Source of the DNA: a virus
Length of the DNA stretch: 64,000 nucleotides
Reading direction: 5' to 3' (one strand)
Virus record (IMG/VR): IMGVR_UViG_3300025073_000027
Location: 1-64,000 of that record
Shown here: positions 30,323-40,592 of the stretch, in pieces
How positions within the stretch are numbered: position 1 is the stretch's first letter
Layout of the letters: each line of letters starts with the position of its first letter
The notes under the pieces: generated by a model
Seen by the model: only the letters and a program-made list of their open reading frames with translations
The model's database searches: none
Told to the model about the DNA's origin: nothing
Made by a program: the position numbers and the translations under genes

Positions 30323-30767
30323 AACTATGGAAATCTATCTTTTTTTCACCCCAATATTCATCTTCTAAAGTATCTAATTTTTCACTTTTCTTTTTCTTCT
30401 TTCTAATATTGCTATATTCTTTTTGAAATGCTTTTAATGCTTCAATATTTTCGGTTGTAATATTTGGATCTGTATTTAAATAATATCTGCACGAATTCAT
30501 AAATCTATGTTCAATTTTATCAATAAACCCTAATATTTTTAATTCTTGAATTGCTTTTTTTACAGACGATTCACTTACACCAGTCCAATAAGCTAGTTCA
30601 GGTTGACCACAACTAACATAAGGATTTATTCTATTTTTTGTCTTTTTATTTAACCACCAGTATGTTTGCATTTCTAACCATACACACGTAGTAGTCGCAG
30701 ACATAAATGGTCTATGCAACAAAAACGTTTTTCCCACACTTACATATTCAGTTTTTTCTTCATCCAT
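30321..30767 (-). CDS. Winged-HTH DNA-binding protein, putative replication initiator (HTH_36-like)
   Basis: GQPELAYWTGVSESSVKKAIQELKILGFIDK HTH followed by a wing. Confidence 0.7.
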   Translation of the reverse strand: MDEEKTEYVSVGKTFLLHRPFMSATTTCVWLEMQTYWWLNKKTKNRINPYVSCGQPELAYWTGVSESSVKKAIQELKILGFIDKIEHRFMNSCRYYLNTDPNITTENIEALKAFQKEYSNIRKKKKKSEKLDTLEDEYWGEKKIDFHS

Positions 30768-30805
30768 ATTTTCATTCTCCTTATAATTTATCAGAATCTA
30801 TTTTA

Positions 30806-31006
30806 TTACATTTTATTTGCTTGTAGATCAGCAGCACAATGTTGACAAATCAAATCTCGCTTAGTTAATAATTTATTTTCTCTAGTAGATAAACTTACTC
30901 CCCAATGATTATTGCAACCAGGAACAGTACAATGAATTAAAATATAATCTATTTGAATATTAAATCTCTCACTAATTTCTACTGGTAATAATATATATTT
31001 ATCCAT
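30806..31006 (-). CDS. Small zinc-binding protein
   Basis: CTVPGC...CQHC; RBS AAGGAG. Confidence 0.65.
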   Translation of the reverse strand: MDKYILLPVEISERFNIQIDYILIHCTVPGCNNHWGVSLSTRENKLLTKRDLICQHCAADLQANKM

Positions 31007-31067
31007 TATTTCATTTCTCCTTTTCTTTTTCTATTATCTTTAAATCTTCTTATAATTCTAACCTCAA

Positions 31068-31196
31068 ATCTTATCACACTTTTACAAATATGTCAATCCC
31101 CAATTCTCATTTTCCCAACACTCCCCCCCCATTTTTACATTTTCGTAAATATCACCCTCTCTTACCCTTGACATAATCTTATAGTTGTGGTAAAAT
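31068..31196. promoter_or_regulatory. Divergent extended -10 sigma70 promoters at the strand switch
   Basis: Minus: TTGACA(31096-91)-17-TAAGAT with TG; plus: TTGACA(31168)-17-TAAAAT(31191) with TG. Confidence 0.75.
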
Positions 31197-31258
31197 TCAC
31201 ACACTTATAAATATCTTTCTTATAAATTCTATACTCAGGAGGTATCCCCTAACCCATA

Positions 31259-31507
31259 TTGATACATACTAATAAACAAGAACACATTATTTCAGTGATT
31301 TGTGATAAATGCTCCACTTTTGAAGATTATTGTTTAGATGAAGATTTACCTTGTATAATAGATAATCTTTTACTACGAGGATGGGAAATAACAAATAATT
31401 TTAAAACCTATATTTGTCCAGATTGTGCCAACTACGATATTGGTTTATTTCCTAGTGAAGATAAATTAAAACACATAAAAGATTTTTATTATAAAAATTA
31501 TTATTAA
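31259..31507 (+). CDS. Small zinc-ribbon protein
   Basis: CDKC...GW...CPDC; GGAGG upstream. Confidence 0.6.
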   Translation: MIHTNKQEHIISVICDKCSTFEDYCLDEDLPCIIDNLLLRGWEITNNFKTYICPDCANYDIGLFPSEDKLKHIKDFYYKNYY

Positions 31508-31562
31508 TTGCATAATTATTAATTGCATAATTATATTTATATAATTGTATTTGTATAATAAT

Positions 31563-31606
31563 AGTGATATTTATCACTTGACAAAATTTACAATTTATGA
31601 TAAAAT
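31563..31606 (+). promoter_or_regulatory. Promoter of the RNAP operon with a palindromic operator abutting -35
   Basis: TTGACA(31578)-17-TAAAAT with TG; agtgatatttatcact palindrome at 31563-31578. Confidence 0.7.
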
Positions 31607-31701
31607 GCATTATGAAACCGACAAGTTTCGGCACATTTTTATATATATTATAAATTATTTTAATAATCGTACTACAAATTTTATAAATTATAAGGAGATA
31701 T

Positions 31702-31890
31702 ATGATAAATCAGGAATGCCAGGAATGTATTTTTTTTAACAATACCTGCTTTCCATTCGAACAAATATCAGAAAAATATAATTGTAATTATTTATCGAAC
31801 TTTGATATTAATGGTGAAGATGGAGAGTTAGGAGAGGAATGGAGTAATATTTCTTATCGTAGGTATGTACAAACATCTTTAGATATATGA
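31702..31890 (+). CDS. Small Cys-rich hypothetical protein
   Basis: RBS AAGGAG; CQEC..C..C. Confidence 0.55.
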   Translation: MINQECQECIFFNNTCFPFEQISEKYNCNYLSNFDINGEDGELGEEWSNISYRRYVQTSLDI

Positions 31891-31939
31891 ATAATAATAA
31901 TAAATAATAAAATAATAAATAAAGGAGTCATATTCATAA

Positions 31940-32437
31940 ATGCCACTATTGTATGAAATAGAATTTTGGAATATTGAACAAGAAGAAATCGGTCAATTTC
32001 ATATGTTAGGTGATTATTTTTATCAAATTGCAGATGAAGTTACTTATTATTTGGATGAATTGGCTGGTGAAAATAATTGGGAAATATTAAAAATTGTAGG
32101 TATGCCTCAAATTGCTATCATAAATTTAGAAGATTATGTGATTGGTAGTTTAGAAGAAGAAAACAATCATTTCAAATGGTTTCCTGAAAACATAGAATGC
32201 CCAAGTTGCGCTTTGGAACATACGGTTTTAGATAATATATTAGAATTTGATTGTTTATGTGGAGCAAAATATAAACTTGCTGATAATGGGTGGGAAAAGA
32301 TTATTTGTGGAAATCCTGAATGTCGGAATGATATATTGAGAGAAGATATTATAAGAGATAAGATTAGTGGGAAATTGGTCTATGGAAAGAAGAATAAGGA
32401 TATAAGAGATAAAGATATAAATCAAGTAAGAGAATAA
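31940..32437 (+). CDS. Zinc-finger hypothetical protein
   Basis: CPSC, CLC, CGNPEC; RBS AAGGAG. Confidence 0.75.
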   Translation: MPLLYEIEFWNIEQEEIGQFHMLGDYFYQIADEVTYYLDELAGENNWEILKIVGMPQIAIINLEDYVIGSLEEENNHFKWFPENIECPSCALEHTVLDNILEFDCLCGAKYKLADNGWEKIICGNPECRNDILREDIIRDKISGKLVYGKKNKDIRDKDINQVRE

Positions 32438-32449
32438 AGGAATAATTAT

Positions 32450-35230
32450 TTGAAAAAATTACAACAATATTATATTTTTAAAATATCGACATCACGACTT
32501 AAAAAATCTAATTATTGCTTAAATTTATCAATAAATGAAGCTCGTAAAACTGGCGAAATAGTATCTATTGGCGACTCTCAAATGCTTCGCTCTTTACGAA
32601 AATTGAAAAATCAATCAGTAGATGAAGATACAATTACCCAATTATTTATAGAAAAGAAAAAAATAAAATCTAAGAAATACTCAAAAGAGAATACGGAAAG
32701 ATTAATTGAAATTGAAAATCAAATAGACCAATATCTATTTGTACCAGAAATAATTTCGATTTTTGTTAATGATATTAGACATTATGAATATTTGGGTCAA
32801 AATAATTTTAAATTAAATAATGTTACGTACAAGCGTTTATTATGTGGCGCAGGACAAGCTAGAAGAAACACATCCATTTGGATTGCTGAATCATATGAAA
32901 AATCTTTAAAAACCATTCTCAATAATGATCGAAAAGATATTGAAATTACTCCTGCTAAATTTAACGCATATTTTAGCCTCGCCTCCTCTGCTACACTACC
33001 AGTTTCTACACCTTATTTTTGTGTTGTTCCAGATCATAATATAAAAAGAATAGAACGAGTAGATTATATTCAAGAAATTGAAAATGGTGATGATATCATT
33101 GAAGAACGGGATGAAGAAATAACATTTAATTTATGGGATGGTCAAGGACTAATTTCACCTCGTTTTGCTAAACAATGGGCCGATGAACTAGAATTAGATT
33201 ATATTCCTTCAGCATTTATTATTCGTTCTAATTTTATTAAGGGGATGCTTTGCACAATTGATTTTCATGATTATAGTGAAAATATTGCTGAAAATCATTA
33301 TGTGATAGATATATGGGGCAACAAATATAATATACGTGATGCAGACGTTATCTTAACGGAAAGCCAATTTAAAATTTGGAATGCGTATGAATCTATTGAT
33401 GATTTTGTTGGTAAGTGTAAAAAGAATGATTTAGGTTGGGGTATTAGTCGTGTTACTCCTAAGTATGAAAACACTCATACGTTTTTAAATTATCAGTTTG
33501 TTCAAGTTTTAGATTTAGATAATCAAGATATTATTGACTTGTGCCAACCAACAATAGAATATTTTGAAAACATTACTAAAAATAAAATTGAATACACTTT
33601 ATTATATTTGTTGGGTGAGAAAGCAAATCAAAAACATAATCCAAATATTTTTAATCATCTTTTCGATAATATAACAAAAGCACTCATTCTTAATAATAAA
33701 TTATTAGAAGATCCTTATATAAAAAACTATCTTCTACATAGTCTAAATAAAAAGATTAAACAATCTTATATTGGTAATTTGATCGTAGAGGGTCAATACA
33801 CCATAATAATTGCTGATCCTATTGCCTTTTTAGAATATATTTTTAATTTACCAATAAAAGGTTTGCTGAATAAAGATGAACATTATAGTCATTATTGGTT
33901 AAATAAAAAAGAGACAAAAATAGCAGCAATGCGCGCTCCTCTTACCTGGAAAAGTGAAGTCAATATTTTGAATTTAAAAAGAAATCTTGAAATTGATAAA
34001 TGGTACAAATATCTCAATAATTGTATCGTTTATAATGTATTTGGAAATGATAATTTGCTTCAAGGAGGAAGTGATCAGGATGGCGACATAATTTGTTTAA
34101 CTAATAATAAACAAGTTATTAAAGGTGCTAGTGGTGGTTTACCCATTCATTATGCTACAAAAAAAACTCCGAAACAAAAAATCGTAGAAGAAGAATTATA
34201 TAAATCAGATATAAATGGTTTCAATAATAATGTTGGTTTTGTTACTAATACAGCGACTAGTGCTTTTGCTATCTTGCCAAGGTTGAAAGAAAATAGTCCT
34301 GAATACATTGAAACAATTAATCGCTTAAAGAGATTTAGAAAAGAGCAGGGAGCAACCATTGATGCTACAAAGGGATTAGATATAAAACCTTTTCCTGTTC
34401 ATTGGACTAAATGGAAACGAATTCCTAAAAATGTAAGCGATGAAGAAAGAAAACAGAGAAAATTTGAAAACAGTATAGTCATTAATAAGCGTCCTTATTT
34501 TATGCGGTGGGTTTATTCTGCATATAATCGAAAATATTTAGAATTTAGAAAAAAATATTCTAAAGATTCACATATGCGATTTGACAAAGAATTAGATTTA
34601 CTATTGAATCAGAAATCAAATTGTGATAAATTAAGTGAAGAAGAAATTAGTTTTCTAAATGATTATGCTCAATATAATCCATTAATAGAAACAGATTGTT
34701 TAATGAATAAAATTTCCTGGCATATAGAAAGTAAAATAAAACAATTAAAAATAAGTTTATATAATAAACCCACAGAAGAAATTATTTTAATTTTAAAGAA
34801 TAAAAACATTATCACAGATAAAAAGAAGTATAAAAAACTTTATGATCTTTATAAAATTTATAAAAGTGGGAAAAGGAATTTTTCTAATATTGATAGTGGC
34901 AGCGAATCATTTAAATTTCGAACTATTGAACAATATAATAAATATATTCGTTTAAAAGCCAGTGAGATTTCTTCTAATGGATCTGAATTGGCTAATATGG
35001 CGGTAGATATTTGTTACGTTATTCATCCTACCGATAATAAAAATTTTGTGTGGCAAATATTTGGAGATGAAATTATTGAAAATATTATATTAAATAAGCA
35101 AGAATTTTGTTCTGTTCCATTTCGAGATAAAGGAGGAACTATTGATTATTTAGGAGATAAATATTCTATGTTTAATATAGAAATAAACAATGATGAAAAC
35201 TATGAGTATTTAATATATGAAGATTTTTAA
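32450..35230 (+). CDS. yonO: YonO-like single-subunit (double-psi-barrel, RdRP-related) DNA-dependent RNA polymerase
   Basis: WDGQGLISP, FIIRSNFIKGML, MRAP, catalytic GSDQDGD, IDATKG, RPYFMRW; located upstream of HU/terminase as in SPbeta. Confidence 0.88.
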   Translation: MKKLQQYYIFKISTSRLKKSNYCLNLSINEARKTGEIVSIGDSQMLRSLRKLKNQSVDEDTITQLFIEKKKIKSKKYSKENTERLIEIENQIDQYLFVPEIISIFVNDIRHYEYLGQNNFKLNNVTYKRLLCGAGQARRNTSIWIAESYEKSLKTILNNDRKDIEITPAKFNAYFSLASSATLPVSTPYFCVVPDHNIKRIERVDYIQEIENGDDIIEERDEEITFNLWDGQGLISPRFAKQWADELELDYIPSAFIIRSNFIKGMLCTIDFHDYSENIAENHYVIDIWGNKYNIRDADVILTESQFKIWNAYESIDDFVGKCKKNDLGWGISRVTPKYENTHTFLNYQFVQVLDLDNQDIIDLCQPTIEYFENITKNKIEYTLLYLLGEKANQKHNPNIFNHLFDNITKALILNNKLLEDPYIKNYLLHSLNKKIKQSYIGNLIVEGQYTIIIADPIAFLEYIFNLPIKGLLNKDEHYSHYWLNKKETKIAAMRAPLTWKSEVNILNLKRNLEIDKWYKYLNNCIVYNVFGNDNLLQGGSDQDGDIICLTNNKQVIKGASGGLPIHYATKKTPKQKIVEEELYKSDINGFNNNVGFVTNTATSAFAILPRLKENSPEYIETINRLKRFRKEQGATIDATKGLDIKPFPVHWTKWKRIPKNVSDEERKQRKFENSIVINKRPYFMRWVYSAYNRKYLEFRKKYSKDSHMRFDKELDLLLNQKSNCDKLSEEEISFLNDYAQYNPLIETDCLMNKISWHIESKIKQLKISLYNKPTEEIILILKNKNIITDKKKYKKLYDLYKIYKSGKRNFSNIDSGSESFKFRTIEQYNKYIRLKASEISSNGSELANMAVDICYVIHPTDNKNFVWQIFGDEIIENIILNKQEFCSVPFRDKGGTIDYLGDKYSMFNIEINNDENYEYLIYEDF

Positions 35231-35972
35231 TGAATTAGAATATGCAAATAAATTAATAAAAAGTGGTTTTACAAAAACAATTTCGATGGGGGAATTGATA
35301 ATTTTAGCCAAATATTTTCGTTATATAGGAATAGATTCAAACAATTTAGAAAATGAATTAATAAGTTTTTGTAAAAAACATGTTCCTGAATTTATTTATA
35401 TTTTACACTATAATAAAATAGATATAGCAATAAGAAATTCTGAGAAATATTTACTTCGCATACCTGTAAATATACCTATTACTGAAAATGAATTAAAAAC
35501 AATAAAAGAATTAAAGAATTATCGATATGAGAAAATTTTATTTACAATGTTGGTGCTTGGAAAGTATTTTAAACTAACGAACACTACTTCTAAAAGCAAA
35601 TCAACTCGTTATTATATTTCTGCTTATGATAATGTTATTTTTCGATTAGCCCATACTTCTCAAAAAAAAGGTGAAAATATAATGCATTATTTATATAAAC
35701 AAGGGCTAATTGATAATATAAAAAGAACTAATTCTTATTATTTGCTTTTTACTTCAAATGAAGATGAATCGGAAATTGTTTTATATATAACAGATATAAA
35801 TAATATCATTAAATTTTATCCACCTCATTGTGATGTTTGTGGAAAAGATTTAGTTAAAAAGGGTAACAGACAATATAAATGTGATGATTGCAAAAATGAA
35901 TTAGAAAAAATAAGATGGATTCAAAGTAAAAGAAAACAAAGACATAAAATGTCCCGCATTAGAACTATGTAG
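35217..35972 (+). CDS. Hypothetical protein overlapping the RNAP stop, with C-terminal zinc finger
   Basis: 14-nt overlap; CDVCG...CDDC. Confidence 0.8.
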   Translation: MKIFNELEYANKLIKSGFTKTISMGELIILAKYFRYIGIDSNNLENELISFCKKHVPEFIYILHYNKIDIAIRNSEKYLLRIPVNIPITENELKTIKELKNYRYEKILFTMLVLGKYFKLTNTTSKSKSTRYYISAYDNVIFRLAHTSQKKGENIMHYLYKQGLIDNIKRTNSYYLLFTSNEDESEIVLYITDINNIIKFYPPHCDVCGKDLVKKGNRQYKCDDCKNELEKIRWIQSKRKQRHKMSRIRTM

Positions 35973-36043
35973 TAAATTAATGAGTATATAAGAGTTTATA
36001 CAAAATAACATGAAATTTAGAAATTCAATAAAGGAAAAATAAT

Positions 36044-36409
36044 ATGTCACCTACTAAAAGAAATTCTATAAACAAAGAAGAATTTATACGACTTATTGCT
36101 CGTGAAGCAGGATTTACTCTTGCTGATACTCGTATATTTTGGGATACTGTTGAGCAAATATTTGCAAGAGCAATTGTTTCTCATAAAACAGTAACTATTA
36201 CAGGTTTTGGTAAATTATATATTGTAGATATTCCTGGCACTAAAGAAAGCGGCAATAAGTTTTGGGATAACATTCATAAAAAATATTATGAACGGAAAGC
36301 ATCAAAGCGTGTTGTATTTCAAGTATCAAGCACATTACGAAATTTATTGAAAGATAGTTTAGAAGTAGAATTAGATGAAGAATTGATTAGTGAAAATGAG
36401 GTTGATTAA
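36044..36409 (+). CDS. HU/IHF-like DNA-binding protein (YonN-like)
   Basis: INKEEFIRLIAREAG...VTITGFGKL...RVVFQVSSTLR. Confidence 0.85.
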   Translation: MSPTKRNSINKEEFIRLIAREAGFTLADTRIFWDTVEQIFARAIVSHKTVTITGFGKLYIVDIPGTKESGNKFWDNIHKKYYERKASKRVVFQVSSTLRNLLKDSLEVELDEELISENEVD

Positions 36410-36432
36410 TAATTTAAAAAGGAATTAACAAT

Positions 36433-36684
36433 ATGATAAATATGTGTCCTTACTGTAATTTAGACACTGCTGGAAATCATGAATGGAATTGTCCATTAAA
36501 TTCAAATTATAATAAGCAAAATGAATATTCGAAAAATAATATAATGGGTTGGGAATGTCCTAAGTGTGGTTCAGTTTATGCTTGGTATGTTTCAAAATGT
36601 CCTAATCATGGGCCTAAAATTATAACTTCAAATTCCAGCAATTCAGAATATGAAATAAAGTATAACTGTGAAGGGGCCAGTTAA
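36433..36684 (+). CDS. Small zinc-finger protein
   Basis: CPYC..H..CP, GWECPKCG. Confidence 0.65.
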   Translation: MINMCPYCNLDTAGNHEWNCPLNSNYNKQNEYSKNNIMGWECPKCGSVYAWYVSKCPNHGPKIITSNSSNSEYEIKYNCEGAS

Positions 36685-36920
36685 TTAAATAATTAAATGA
36701 TGAATTATTTTTAATAATTTTAAAGGGAGGTGATGAAATTGAAATATAGAATTTATTGTATGAATGAAGCTATATTTAACAATTTCAATGACAATAAAAA
36801 TATAAATATATCGCCTTCTTTATATGATATTAAAATTATTGTTCAGTATGTTAAATATAATAGTTGGTTTAATTGCTTTCAAAATAAAAATTTTGACCGT
36901 AGTTTAAGGAGTAGTTAATT

Positions 36921-37304
36921 ATGATTACCGCCAATAAAAAATTTTCTTTTAACAATGGCGTAATGCGTTGGATAATTTACTACGGTGACGGCAGCACGTT
37001 CAGCGACGCGGATGGCGCGCCAGAGGACGCACCCGCCAGTAATGTGCAGGTGATTGCTATTGAAGATGAGGACTGCGGCAAGGTCTTACTGAACACTAAG
37101 GACTATTATTGGTGGACGGGAACGATCTGGCTGGCAGGTGACATCTTCGGGCTGTTTGACTATCTGTTACAGCCTGGATGGAAGCGGGTACTGTTCGGAA
37201 GGAGCATTGACAACCGTGAGTATCAGAAATTGTTAGTGCGTGCGAGCGAGGATGACTATTTGCCACGCAAATCCGCACGCAGGAGTTGGGAGCGTCAAGC
37301 ATGA
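36921..37304 (+). CDS. Hypothetical protein (GC-richer segment)
   Basis: ORF; stop overlaps the next start (ATGA). Confidence 0.75.
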   Translation: MITANKKFSFNNGVMRWIIYYGDGSTFSDADGAPEDAPASNVQVIAIEDEDCGKVLLNTKDYYWWTGTIWLAGDIFGLFDYLLQPGWKRVLFGRSIDNREYQKLLVRASEDDYLPRKSARRSWERQA

Positions 37305-39616
37305 CCGCTGTATTACCAGTCTGGACGCAGCAGAATTTTAGAGGCCGTAATGATAATGGCTCAGAAAGCGCGGCTACCTGGATTGCCAACGTCAATACCA
37401 ATTTTAGTCAGGCAGTTGATATAGCCTTCCGTGTTCGCTTGAGCATCACCGAAACCGCCGGAGCGACCAAGATCAACACGCCTGTTTTCGTGCTGCAATA
37501 CAACTTGGGCGGTGCGGGTTGGAACACAGTCACGACTACCAGCAGTGTGGTCAGAGCATCAGCCAGCGGGTATGTCACCCACGACACCGTTACCACGCAG
37601 CAGGTAGGGACAGGCACGTTTGAGGCCGGGCGTGTTGTAACCAACAGCGATACGCATACCGCATTGGGAGCAATGGCAAGCGAAGTCACCGACATGGAAT
37701 GGTGCGTCACAATCCAGTCAGGGGACGTAGCGAATGATAACACCATCCAACTAAGGGCGGTCTTATCTGGCGACACTATATTGAATGGTGGGTACACCAA
37801 CACACCCACAGTCACGGTGATTGAGGCAGTACCTAATGAATTAGAAGCTGTAGGAATAACTATTGGAAACCCAATAATAGGTAGCACTACAATAGGTCAA
37901 ATACATAATTTTTCTGCTGCTGGAATAGCTACTTCTTCTCCAATAGTAGATAATACTACACTAAAACAAACACACGCATTAATATCTGTGAATATAAATA
38001 CGGATAGTCCCATTTTGGGAACACCAACTTTAGGAGAAGCGAGTACTGAAAATATATTAGATGCAGATAGTGTTTCTACTGGTAGCCCTATATTAGATAT
38101 TCCTATAATAGCGCAATCTCATACATTGGGATCGTCTGGAATAACTGTTGGTCCTCCTGTATTAAGTGAAACATCACTTGCGGGAACGCATAATTTAACT
38201 TTAAATAATTTAATTATTGGTAATCCATCTCTTGAAAACCCTGATGTTAGTCAAAAACAATATTTTATTAGTGATAATTTAGAAAGTGGAAGTCCATCTT
38301 TAGGTAATTCTGATTTAATACAAGATCAAATTTTTACAGCAAGCAATCTTGCAACAGAAGCACCAATTTTAAATCACCCAAGTTTATCGGGTGATACAAT
38401 TTTAGAAGCAGATGGAATTGCAACGGGAAATGTAGAACTAGAAAATCCTGTATTTGTGCAAGAACATAGTTTATCTGCTATAAATTTAATTACAAATGAA
38501 ATATCTTTTGAGACACCTCAAATTGGGCAAAATCATGTAATTATAGCAAATAACTTAGCAACAGATAATCCAATTTTTGAAACATCTTCGATTGTGCAAA
38601 ATCATATCTTAGTTGCTAATTCTCTTGAACTTAGTAATCCGGCTTTAGATTATCCTTCAATAAGTGGCGAAGCATATTTAATTGCAAATGATTTAGAAAC
38701 CAGTGTATTAATTCTTGATAATCCTTTAATTGGTCAAATTTATGATTTAGTTGCAAATTCATTAGAAACGGGTAGTTCTGTCTTAGGACACCCATCTATG
38801 ATTGGTGAAAATATATTCGTTGCTGTAAATTTAATAACGGATAATCCAGAATTAGAAAACTCAACTTTAACTCAAAATCATAATATTATTGCTAGTAATG
38901 TTGTAACAAATAATGTTGATCTTGAAAATTCTTTAATTGGGCAAATTCATAATTTAACTGTATCTGAATTAGCAACAGGTAATCCCTTTTTGGGTACGCC
39001 TTCAATGCTTGGTGAATCTATACTTAGTGCTTTTTCATTAATTGCAGGTAGTCCCATTTTAGGAAATCCTGATTTTGGTCAAATTCATGAATTAATTTCT
39101 ATAAATCTAGTTAATGAATCTATTGAATTAGATGAACCTATTTTTAAACAAGAACAAATATTAATTGCTTTTGATTTAGATATAAATAGTCCGATATTAG
39201 AAACATCAACAATAAGTCAAAATAATATTTTAATTTCAAATAATATGATTGTTGATTATCCTGTTTTAGATAATCCGATTATATTGGTAGAGACAGGTTC
39301 AAATTTATTAGCAAATAATTTAGTGGTTGATAATCCCGTTTTGGGAATTCCTGCAATAATTCAGGATCATATATTTATTGCTGATAATCTTATTAATGAA
39401 AATTTGCAATTAGGAAATCCTGTTTTTAGCCTTGTTTTACAGGGAGAAATATCTGAAACATCTGATGATCAAACTTATATAGTTTTAGGTGATGTTAGAA
39501 TTGAAATTATTGGAATAAATAATAGAGAATATATAATTTTAGACGATATTATTTTAACTGATAATAGAGAATGTTACATTTTGGGTGAAAATAGGGTTTA
39601 TAAAATATTTAAATAA
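37301..39616 (+). CDS. Large repetitive virion/fibre-like protein
   Basis: N-terminal beta domain, then many about 19-aa degenerate repeats (L.A..L.T..P.L..P...Q.H); start ATG 37301. Confidence 0.75.
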   Translation: MTAVLPVWTQQNFRGRNDNGSESAATWIANVNTNFSQAVDIAFRVRLSITETAGATKINTPVFVLQYNLGGAGWNTVTTTSSVVRASASGYVTHDTVTTQQVGTGTFEAGRVVTNSDTHTALGAMASEVTDMEWCVTIQSGDVANDNTIQLRAVLSGDTILNGGYTNTPTVTVIEAVPNELEAVGITIGNPIIGSTTIGQIHNFSAAGIATSSPIVDNTTLKQTHALISVNINTDSPILGTPTLGEASTENILDADSVSTGSPILDIPIIAQSHTLGSSGITVGPPVLSETSLAGTHNLTLNNLIIGNPSLENPDVSQKQYFISDNLESGSPSLGNSDLIQDQIFTASNLATEAPILNHPSLSGDTILEADGIATGNVELENPVFVQEHSLSAINLITNEISFETPQIGQNHVIIANNLATDNPIFETSSIVQNHILVANSLELSNPALDYPSISGEAYLIANDLETSVLILDNPLIGQIYDLVANSLETGSSVLGHPSMIGENIFVAVNLITDNPELENSTLTQNHNIIASNVVTNNVDLENSLIGQIHNLTVSELATGNPFLGTPSMLGESILSAFSLIAGSPILGNPDFGQIHELISINLVNESIELDEPIFKQEQILIAFDLDINSPILETSTISQNNILISNNMIVDYPVLDNPIILVETGSNLLANNLVVDNPVLGIPAIIQDHIFIADNLINENLQLGNPVFSLVLQGEISETSDDQTYIVLGDVRIEIIGINNREYIILDDIILTDNRECYILGENRVYKIFK

Positions 39617-39650
39617 ATAATTATTACATTATAGAATAATAGGAGGCAAA

Positions 39651-40013
39651 ATGTCTTTTCTTTCGGAAAATATTTATAAATATGGTTTAAATTATCTTGA
39701 CGATTATGGTATTCGTTTGGATATTTGTTCTGCTGAACCTGCTACATATGAAGAAGCAACAACTACTTATACGGCTGGAAGTAAAGTTATTGTTTCAGGT
39801 TCGGCTACTCCTGGTGATCCCGATGGTTGGATGGTTATTATTCCTGCTATTACTGACGGAATAGTAAGTGCTAGTGAAACAGTGACTCATTGGGCGATTA
39901 GTGGTTCAGCAGAATTATTGGCAGCGAGTACATTATCTGGTTCTCAAGTTGTAACTTTGGATAATACATTTACTTTAACTTCTTTCAATATTAGAATTCC
40001 TGATCCAGCATAA
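39651..40013 (+). CDS. Putative virion structural protein
   Basis: LDICSAEPATYEEA...THWAI...FTLTSFNIRIPDP; 3 SGS. Confidence 0.75.
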   Translation: MSFLSENIYKYGLNYLDDYGIRLDICSAEPATYEEATTTYTAGSKVIVSGSATPGDPDGWMVIIPAITDGIVSASETVTHWAISGSAELLAASTLSGSQVVTLDNTFTLTSFNIRIPDPA

Positions 40014-40028
40014 TAGAGATTAATTATT

Positions 40029-40367
40029 ATGGCTAATACGTTCTTAAAAGATCCGCAGGCCATTCTAGATTATAAATTTAATTGGGCAGCACTTAGAAAT
40101 GGATCAACTGATCCTGGTGTTACAGATTGGTTATCTGCCAATGAAATTATTAATAGCTATGTTATAACGGCAACAGCATTGAATTCTGGTTGTGTAATTT
40201 CTGTGGTTGATTCATATTTATCGGATAGCGATAGTAGTGTAACTGTTTGGTTGGGTGGGGGAGATGCATATAAAGATTATTTAGTTTCTTGTAGAATTAC
40301 AACTAGTTCTAGTCCTGTTGCTAGGGTTGATGAAAGATCAATAAAAATAGAGGTTAAGAATCTTTAA
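40029..40367 (+). CDS. Putative fibre-tail adaptor protein
   Basis: KDPQAILDYKFNW...VTVWLGGG...CRITT...RVDERSI. Confidence 0.7.
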   Translation: MANTFLKDPQAILDYKFNWAALRNGSTDPGVTDWLSANEIINSYVITATALNSGCVISVVDSYLSDSDSSVTVWLGGGDAYKDYLVSCRITTSSSPVARVDERSIKIEVKNL

Positions 40368-40382
40368 AGGAGATAATAATTT

Positions 40383-40592
40383 ATGACAGTAGTAAAAATT
40401 CCTTTTGATAGTGTTACTTATATGATAAATACTTCTGATATTTCAGGAAGTAAAGTAGCAGGTGTTTCAGTAATTGGAGCTAAAGTTTTTGATGTTAATT
40501 CAAAGCGTTGGTATATTAGCGGAAGTGATTTATTTTTAAATGAATTAACTTGGATGACAGGATCTTATACACCTGGAATGCTATTATATTAA
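40383..40592 (+). CDS. Small putative virion protein
   Basis: RBS AAGGAG; 2 SGS. Confidence 0.65.
   Translation: MTVVKIPFDSVTYMINTSDISGSKVAGVSVIGAKVFDVNSKRWYISGSDLFLNELTWMTGSYTPGMLLY

Noticed and set aside
31499-31535. Tandem 15-bp duplication attattaattgcata
   Set aside because: Only about 2.3 copies of AT-rich sequence; likely slippage, with no further support
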